A DNA stretch of 64,000 bases from Candidatus Poseidoniales archaeon (GTDB lineage: Archaea; Thermoplasmatota; Poseidoniia; Poseidoniales; Poseidoniaceae). Shown in pieces: positions 28,570 through 37,500 of this stretch. The DNA lies in assembly GCA_038146705.1 (NCBI GenBank), contig JAYQSB010000002.1, forward strand, positions 8,688 to 72,687, given 5' to 3'. The notes below the pieces were generated by a model. It searched no databases, had not been told where the DNA came from, and worked only from the letters and a program-made list of their open reading frames with translations. Every line of letters begins with the position of its first letter. Within the stretch, counting starts at the first letter, position 1. Made by a program: the position numbers and the translations under genes.

Positions 28570-30804
28570 TCATTCTTCAACAATGCGATGATGGTTGAAG
28601 AAATTTGAGAATATAAGGTCGCCATGTTGTGAACCAACGGATTCCGGGTGAAATTGAATTCCAAAAACCGAATGTTTGTTATGGCGGATCGACATAATTT
28701 CTCCATGAATATCCTTTGATGTGATGATGAAATCGTTATCTTTTTTTGGTACAAGAACAAGAGAATTGTATCGAGTACATTTCCATGGAGACTTGATGTT
28801 ATTGAATAAGCCAAGTTCTCCATGGTGAATATCGACCGGCCTACCATGTACAGGTCCATGTTCTGATTCAATGAGGTTGAAACCTCCTTGAAGACCTAAT
28901 GCTTGATGGCCGAGGCATACACCGAGAATGGATTGACGAAGTTTTCCATCGACAGCAAGTTTAGCGAGATGGAAACTGAAAGGAACATCTTCCGGCCTCC
29001 CCGGTCCAGGTCCAATAACGACATAAGAGGACGAATGATTTGTCAACCAATCCAGAATTTCGATTTCACTCATCGAATAAAATGGAGGAAACCGTGCAGG
29101 AATAATTTGTACTTCGTAACCCTTTGAGCTCAACGAATGTACGATATTCATCGAAAATGAATCGAGGTTATCAATGAAGAGAATATCAGCATTCTTTTGG
29201 CTTGAATCAGAAATCACATTCCCAACATACGCATTATTCTTATTCCAATTTCTTTCTTTTGGTAGACTAAAGATTTTGATTGATTGTTGCAAAGGCGACG
29301 CTGTATCCTTGACCCAACCAGCAGCATGCAGCAATGGTTTTGCTTTTTGCAAGGACTCTTGTACTTCTGCCGCAGGGTTTGAAGAAATCGTAATACCCCC
29401 GCCCGCTGCAATGGTGCCAATCCATTTTTTCCCTTCAATCCGAGATTCTATGGTGCGAATGAGGATATTCCAACATGCATTGTTTGAATATGGGTCAAAC
29501 CACCCGATTGAACCAGTCCAAAACGAGCGTGAGGTTTGCTCAATTTGGTTGATGATATGACAAACCATCGTTCGAGGGCATCCAGTGATCGAACCTCCTG
29601 GGAAAATTGAATCAATTATTGTAGATGAGGAAATATCTTGTTGTAATTTTCCTGAAATTCGACTTACAAGATGCTGGACACTTGAATATTGTTCAATGTC
29701 AAATCGTTCGACACGTACACTACCTACGTCACAAACTTGACCTAGGTCGTTTCTCATCAAATCAACTAACATTCTGTGCTCCGCTCGTTCTTTTTCATCA
29801 TTAAGCAAAGTCGTCCTAGCCTTTTCATTTTCCAATTCATCTTTTCCAGTATGAATTGTACCCTTGATTGGAGATGTTTGGATGAAACCATCACCTGACT
29901 CAAGTAAACATTCAGGTGAACTCGAAATGAGGGCCATGCCTTCATCTTTCATTTCGAAGAATGCAGAATATGGGGCTGGATTTATTTCATCCAATAAGCA
30001 AAATGTATCCCAAGGTTGATGTTGTAATTCACCACGCCATTCTTGACCAATGTTAACTTGGTAAACGTCACCTTTGATGATTTTTTGTTGAACATTCTCG
30101 ATTCGCTTCAGGTATTCTTGTTCATTTAATCTGGTTGTAAATGTCATTTGTCGAAACGGCCCGTAAGCATCTGTTGTTTTCTCAATGGTGGTGATGTTCG
30201 GATTCCAATTTGATGAAGGGATTTTGAAAACTTTGAAATTTTGTTCTAGACAATTGTAAACACAACCTTGCTCAACTAAATAGAAACTCGCGAGAATTGT
30301 CTTTGCTTCCGGTCGATGTTGAAATTTGATGGGTTGCGTCCATTGAACGAGGTCGTATGATAGGGCTGATACCCAGAAAGGTTGCGATGGAAGTTTTGGA
30401 TGTGGAACTGTATCAAACAATGTCGTCGGAGAATAAAGTTTCAATTCATCCATTGCACTCCCAATTGAATCGAGTTGATGCTTCCTCAAGTGGTACCATG
30501 CTCCATGTTTCCATTCCTCGATTTCTAGAAAAATCGGTGAGGTTTTTGCTTGGATAGAGAACCGCCCACTCATTTCAGATTGTGCGTCCATTTCATCTTC
30601 GGGTTGTCGTACAATCGCTCGAATTTTCGATGGCCCGCAAAGTAATGAAAATGTTGAGAGATGGGTTGCTGGCCCACCTGAATGGAGAAGGATACAGTCT
30701 GGGCTGCCGAAATGAGTTGCTTTCTCACCAAGCCAACCTTGTTGTTCCCAAACCTGTTTGAGTTGCAAGATGCTATGCATGCCGATCACACTACCTTTGT
30801 CCAT
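28570..30804 (-). CDS. Aminodeoxychorismate synthase, PabB-PabA fusion
   Basis: GDVYQVN, SSSPE, SPIKGT, KERAEHRMLVDLMRND, FPGGSITGCP; GATase IDNLDSF, GPGPG, GVCLGHQ, QFHPES. Confidence 0.88.
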   Translation of the reverse strand: MDKGSVIGMHSILQLKQVWEQQGWLGEKATHFGSPDCILLHSGGPATHLSTFSLLCGPSKIRAIVRQPEDEMDAQSEMSGRFSIQAKTSPIFLEIEEWKHGAWYHLRKHQLDSIGSAMDELKLYSPTTLFDTVPHPKLPSQPFWVSALSYDLVQWTQPIKFQHRPEAKTILASFYLVEQGCVYNCLEQNFKVFKIPSSNWNPNITTIEKTTDAYGPFRQMTFTTRLNEQEYLKRIENVQQKIIKGDVYQVNIGQEWRGELQHQPWDTFCLLDEINPAPYSAFFEMKDEGMALISSSPECLLESGDGFIQTSPIKGTIHTGKDELENEKARTTLLNDEKERAEHRMLVDLMRNDLGQVCDVGSVRVERFDIEQYSSVQHLVSRISGKLQQDISSSTIIDSIFPGGSITGCPRTMVCHIINQIEQTSRSFWTGSIGWFDPYSNNACWNILIRTIESRIEGKKWIGTIAAGGGITISSNPAAEVQESLQKAKPLLHAAGWVKDTASPLQQSIKIFSLPKERNWNKNNAYVGNVISDSSQKNADILFIDNLDSFSMNIVHSLSSKGYEVQIIPARFPPFYSMSEIEILDWLTNHSSSYVVIGPGPGRPEDVPFSFHLAKLAVDGKLRQSILGVCLGHQALGLQGGFNLIESEHGPVHGRPVDIHHGELGLFNNIKSPWKCTRYNSLVLVPKKDNDFIITSKDIHGEIMSIRHNKHSVFGIQFHPESVGSQHGDLIFSNFFNHHRIVEE

Positions 30805-31556
30805 GATATCGGATCTTCTCGGTGCAATGCTAAACACGTCCGTAATTCATCGGCAATGCTTTGCGTTGTCCCGATTCTTATGCTATCAATTTCAGTAATT
30901 TGAGTGACGCCAACACCAGTGCCAAAAACAACAAATTCTCTACAGGTTCGAATCATTCGCTCGGTGAGTTTACCGTATCGTATGCTGAAACCATGTGCTA
31001 CCATTTTGTCGAGCATTCCTCCCAACGTAATGCTCCTCACACAACCTTGTTGTTCAGAAGCGACCCAAAGTTCACCATCGTTGGTTATGAGTGCAGGAGT
31101 TGCCCTATCGGCATCAACGATTGCATTATCATGCATGAAGACAGAGATGTCTGTGCCATGAGATTTTGCTAAAGATTTTGCTTCGATGTATGGAAGCCAG
31201 TCTGCGTGTTTACAGCCAGTAATTGTATGATTCCATTGTGGAGCCTCAACACTAATTGCCCTCATTTGTCTTTGAAGTGTTGGAGGTGTCCTCATCGTCA
31301 CATCGCAACTTCCATTTTTTTGTACTTCAATTCGTAGCAATTGATGAACACCTTTGAATACACTTTGGTTGGTGAGAAATGGTTCTAGTTGTTCAGAGAT
31401 TTTTTTGGCCATGTCGGCGGGTAATTCGAACCCGAGACGAATGGAATGTTCTTCTAAACGTTTGAGATGCAAAGGCCAATCCAAGACATATCCACGACCG
31501 TCCCAAAGACAAGTGGTAAACACAGCATCTGTTGGTTCGCTACGAAGACCATCCAT
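30786..31556 (-). CDS. Class IV aminotransferase-fold protein, probable 4-amino-4-deoxychorismate lyase (PabC-like)
   Basis: VFTT, HLKRL...S, GCKH; overlaps the ADC synthase gene. Confidence 0.7.
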   Translation of the reverse strand: MDGLRSEPTDAVFTTCLWDGRGYVLDWPLHLKRLEEHSIRLGFELPADMAKKISEQLEPFLTNQSVFKGVHQLLRIEVQKNGSCDVTMRTPPTLQRQMRAISVEAPQWNHTITGCKHADWLPYIEAKSLAKSHGTDISVFMHDNAIVDADRATPALITNDGELWVASEQQGCVRSITLGGMLDKMVAHGFSIRYGKLTERMIRTCREFVVFGTGVGVTQITEIDSIRIGTTQSIADELRTCLALHREDPISWTKVV

Positions 31557-31567
31557 CTAGTTAGCCC

Positions 31568-34500
31568 TCAAAGTAGGTCATCCAAAAATGATGTGTCAAT
31601 CGATGATGGTGCATTTTGAGTTGGTGTTTGTGCTGGTTGAATAATTTGATTTGGCTGTTGGACCGGTTGAAGCACAGGTTGTGTTGCCTGGTACACTTGT
31701 CTTCCGTACGTTCCAACTTGTTGTTCGGGCTGTGAAGGCGGCTGTTGGTCAAAAGTTTCGGAGGCACCTCTATTCCAAGTTGTATCTGTTTCAATTCCCC
31801 ATGTTGATTCTTGCAACTCCCAATCTTTTGAAATTCGGGCCCCGCCTGTACGCCTTCGTCCACGAACGAGGGCGATGAGTGTTAACAAAACTACGAGACC
31901 AAGCCCGAGTGCGAGAAGCATTTCTTGGCTTAGGATTGCATTAATCGAGAATTCTGTTCCATCTCCATTCTGCTCTCCTTCAGTCGCTGAAGCATCGACA
32001 TTGTTCAAAACGACAGGTACGACTTCCTTCTCAACGCCGAGGGCATTAAATGGTGTTACTGCGATATACCATTTTGATGAATTCACCAATGCACTGTACA
32101 CCTCACTTGTGATGATAAACGAAGTATCCCCCTTGACTTCGCCAAGGAAATCGGCTTCATCAATCGTTGAAAATCCTTCATTTTGGATGTATATTCGCAT
32201 TCCATCAACCCGTTCATCGATTGGATTTTCCCATTGAATAAGGATGTCTCTCTCATCAATCCATGACACCTTCACATCCAATGCAGGGGACAAGGGGTCA
32301 CTCGAAGAGAATCCACCATTGTCCACCGCCGAGCCTTCTGCAACGATGAGTTCTGTTCGATGAGCATTTCCAGCCGCATCGACAGCAACAACAGCAACCC
32401 AGATGTCCAGCCCTGCAATAATTTGAGTATCACCTGCAAGAAGGTCAAGACGGATTGGTAATTCAGGCGTTCTGGTCAAGATAAATAGCGGGTCGGTAGG
32501 GCCATCTCCACCTATGGTGACTGAAGAAAACGCCCATGTGGCACCATAAATTTCGTAAGATGAAATATCTGACGCATTAGAAAATTCAAAATCAACAAAG
32601 ACAGATGTACCGTCATCGTTTGGAACATCGAGAATAGAAACGGTGTCAATGCGCTGTGGCGGGTCATTATCGTTGAGGTTATCGATTGGGGTCACAGTGG
32701 CTTGAATCAAATCATCGACGTGGACATTTCCTTTGATGTCATGCACGGTGACGACAACATACAGTTTCACATCGGGTTGGATGATTTGAGGTGTTGATGC
32801 GAGGAGATCTTGCCCTCCATACAATGCTGTTGAAATCGTAAGCTCAATTGGATTTGTTCGTTCATCAATCCATTGTTTATTGAATGAAAAACATCCGCAG
32901 TTTGCAGCATTTGTTCCCCTTGATGCATATAGCCATGAAATGTCGGTGAGAGGTTTATCGGCAACCCAAATCGTGTAGGAGGCAAAATCGTCAGCCTCGG
33001 ATGGTTGCCATACAACATCGATTGCTGTACCATCGTCATCAGGGTGGTCAAATGCCATGATGTTTGTTACACGGTTAGGTATCGTTCCCGAACCTACGAT
33101 ATTTTGTAGAGGAGTAGCTGAAACCAACAAAACATCTTCTGTGTTTCCATTGAGCCATGCATCGTATGCAACCACACCAATGATGTATTGTTGTCCATCA
33201 ATGAGTGGAACGCCATCGAGGGACGAAAGAATGGTTTGATTTTCATCACATGGACTTATGATGGCGGCTTGTGAAAAATCGTTTACACTCCCGCGAGTCG
33301 TGCTGTTTTGGTCGTCAGCATTTGTGATTCCATCGTTCTGAGCCTGTTTCATGAACACAGTGTACAATGAGCAATCATCATCGAGGCTCACGTTCCATTG
33401 TACAGAAATTCTCCCACCTTCATCGTTCGGAATATCATCAGCTATTGTACCATTGATGGGAAGTGGAGCTTGGTTGTCGTTTAATTCCCCAGTTGGAACA
33501 ACCGGTCCGACGATAGTGACATCCGATGTGTTTTCTTGGCCAGCCTCATCTTCACATGTGAATCCAATCCAGTAGGGGGTTTGGGGTGTTAGCGAGATAA
33601 TCGAGGTGTTCCCTTCCAACACGTCGATAGTGTCATGAATTTTGAGTCCGATGACATCAGAAAATTGGTTTTTCGAGACATAGACATTTGTTGAAGCGAG
33701 GTCGAGGGCAGTACATCTTGCCCATTCTAGTTCAATTTCGCCATCCTCACCATTCGTATGCGGTTCAGCAGTAGCCCAATTCGGAGGTCGTGGAACTTCA
33801 TCTGTAGGGGTCGCAGGTCCAATTTGAAGAGGAATATTTCCCCATCGGCCATCGTTGTACTGGGTGACGACAATTGCAAAATACTCACGGCCATCGACTA
33901 GAGGCACGCTATCTGCTGTAGAAACCTCTGAAGAGGTGCGACTGTGAAGTGAAATTGTTTTGTCGGGCGTGCGTTGTCGTAGTTCAAGTTCAGTTGGTGC
34001 ATTTATCCACGGTCCATCATTCACAAAGATGTGGTATTGCGAGAAGTCAGGGTCATGAATTAACGACCATTCTACCATCAATGTAGAACCACCATCGTCT
34101 GGTCGGTCATAGATTGAATTGAGTTGAATAGGCGTATCTCGGCGAATGTAATCATAACTCAACCGAACAAGCAGCGTACCATTCTGCGGAGACTGCAACG
34201 TCAATGACACATGTTGTGTGTTGTTGAGCAACATGCCCGAATCGATAGCATATTGAAGGTTTGATACAAGATTTTCATCGTTGCTAAGATTGATGATTGC
34301 ATTGTATTTTAGATCGACGAGTTTCGTCCAAACCATAGCACTGTCCACAGGAGATGTGAACATGAACGGCATTGTGGAGAAGGTGGTATTGTGTGGTCCA
34401 GCAACATCTCCTGCAAGGTTGAGGAATAGCGGATTTGTCGGGTCCACAAGGGTAATTTCATCGCCAACATGAGTTTGTGAGGTGACATTTCTTGAAATTG

Positions 34501-37500
34501 CACCACCTGCTGTTGCAAACTGAAGAGGTTGAGCACGTCGAAGGATGAAATCATCCACTGCGTTGTATTGTCCATTGTTCTCAAAGCCAACGAGACCTTG
34601 GTCTGTTGTCAACCAAAAATGAGAGGAGGTTACAACGCCCTGTCGCACCTCATTAATGCCTTCAGGTGGAAGGGCAATGTTAAGAATCGAATGAGCACTT
34701 GTTCTTGATTCGAGCATAGCAATACCATTGTTTGAACTAATGCTGACAATTTGGTTTCCATTGCTCATAAGATCTCGGGCAGGCCACCAAGAGTTGAGAT
34801 TGACAAAGCCTTGACCTTCTTCGAAATCACCGCTTGAACTATTCCAGTGAATCATTTGTTGGGAATTGAGTGTTGAGATATGAATGCCCCACCAATCGCT
34901 TGAAAGTGCAAGAACGATATTTGATGGAAGTTGGTCAAATTTGTGAGTTGAATCCAATGTTGGTGGAGATGTTGAAAGGCTCAGTATACTAATTCCTGGT
35001 CGTTCATCACCTCTTCCATCATGTGATACGAGAAGATTTGTTGCTCCACTTGGGCTTGTCGACTCTGCGAACATCCAAGCAGAATTACCAGCAAGTCCCT
35101 GTGCCTTTCCAATCGTTTGGAGTTGTGAAGTGCTTTCATCAAATTCAACCACGCCGTTTGCTGTGGCGAAATATACCAATGAACCTGAACCACTACTCGA
35201 CGAGCCTCCAACAAAAATATCGTTTACAATCGAAGAGGGTAATCCATCTGCAGATGTGATCGAATCTTCCCAGTCATCATTTGAATAGTTCCAAACACCA
35301 ATACCGTTGTCGGTTGCGATGTACATGTGGGTTGAACTCGTTGCGAATCCGTTGACAATGTTTGATGGAAGACCTGCAATGAGCCTTCCTGCAGTGAACG
35401 TTTGCGTCGAGAGATTGAAATTTTGTACACCTGGGCTCGAACCCGATTCGGCTGCTAGACCAATGACCAAGTCACCACCGTATCTGGCGATACCGTCGAG
35501 GTTCTGATGTAATCCACCGCTGATTTTTTGCAACTGGCCATTCGAACTCAATTTGAATAAACCGTTGTTGATGGTTGAGAAGTACATGTCAGCATTGACC
35601 ATCTCTGCATCGTAAGCAATCGCTCGCCCGGGGAACGTCCATCCGAAATCCCATTCAAGCGAGCCATTTGCTAAGAAATGGCCCTTTAACACGCCAGTAG
35701 CTGCAAATGAATTCCCAGTTCCACCAGTTGTTGGTTTCGTTGTGACATACACATTTGTAGCATTACCTGAGATGGTCCCAAGTTGTCCACTCACGATTCC
35801 GGGCAGGTCGAGAAGCACCTGCTCACCGAGAATTGAGATGTTTGAGACACGACTGTAACCGGATGAACCCCCAGCCTGGCCCATGAGCCAAGAAGCCCCT
35901 AACCACTGGAACGAGGTAGCGGATGAACCTCCGCCGCGTACGGTAGCTTGCCCTGTTGTTGCTCCGTTAGAAGTGAAAATGGAATATCCGCCAGCAATGT
36001 CATTGCCTACACCATGGCCGACGATGAGGCGACCATTCGACCAGTCAAGACCATCGTACCAAACCAAATCAGAAGGCAAACCGTTTGCAGATGTTGTGAT
36101 TTGGTTCAACCATTGTTGTGTTGAATAACTGTATTTTGAGATGCCTTGGTTGTTGTTGTAGAATCCGACATAGAGGGTTTCTGATGAATCGCATGCAACA
36201 GAGGCCACACCAAATCCTCCAAAATCAGAACGTTGGAATGGCGAGACGGTCGTTGATTGATTGTTGAGAATATTGAATCGTGCAATAGAGCCTGTGCCTT
36301 GGTACATGGCCATGTGGAGATACCCTCCGCACATTGTTGCAGACATCGGATATCCGTTTGGAATATTGTTTGATTGACTGCTTCGATGAAGTGTGGTGAT
36401 GTTTGTGATGCCGTTGAGATGTGTGACTACGCCTTCCTGGAAGAATTCTCCACCGCCAAAACTGCCGTAAATTCCACCACCGATGATAAGGTGATTGCCA
36501 TTGGTCCACAATTCAAAGAATCGTGATCCAGCATTATTTGGTAGGCCACTTCCTTCAGTCCAGGTTGATAGCCATTGTGAATTCTGTTCATCATACCGGA
36601 GTATGCCATCCTCAGTAGCAAAGAGCGTGGCTCCTTTCCATTCAACGATGCCTCGAATCGGAAGGTCAAATTGGTCCCAACTACCTTGAAGTACATAGCT
36701 GGAGTCATAGAGTTCAAGCTTCGATTCACCCCACGCAACCCATGTATTTCCGAAACTGCTTTCGTACGCAGTGACACGGTCGACCTGACCCTCAGGAAAG
36801 ACACTTGTTCCCCATGAATTGTTTGAAGTGTTCCACAAAGCGAGTCCTCCAGAGCCTTCAGCGTTCCACCACTGGCCCGATGCTACGGAGGCGATGAGAA
36901 TGTCACCAACAAGACCAAGGCCATAGATGACACCACCATTTTCATTCACCCTTGGACCTGCATCAAGCAATGCAAGTTGATTGAAATTGACAAGGTCGAT
37001 ACGTCCAATAGAATCGGAGTTGTCGCTTCGGTAATACATCACATTGTTGTGAACAATCATCTGGTATGGTTCAGAGGTTCCGGTGTACAATGAACTTGAA
37101 CGTTCAATGTCGTAGACTTCTTGACCAGACGTGACATTGATCAACTGAAATCCATCTTCTCCTCCAACCCACAAGTGATTTGGACGAATATCAGCAGCAA
37201 GACCAGAAACATCTTCATTTCCGTTATCGAGAACGTTATCGAGCGTGTATGGTGTCAGCCACTGTTGTGTCGTTAGGTCGTAACGTAAGACCCCAAAACC
37301 GCTGATGCCGATAAAGGCAACATCGCCAATGATCTCAACAACAGCATTACCGGATTGGCCGAAATCATTCTCCCAATTTTCTGACCATGTGAATGAAGAT
37401 TTGTCGAGCAAACCAACCCCGCTCACAGTTCCACCAAAGACCACTGTTGCGTTAGTGCCCACACTGTAAACTGCCCAATTTGGCATACCATCTTGTGCGT

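Noticed and set aside
28542..28871. N-terminal 110 aa of the 238-aa ORF
   Set aside because: It overlaps the GATase domain of the ADC synthase in another frame; the real start is probably 28541
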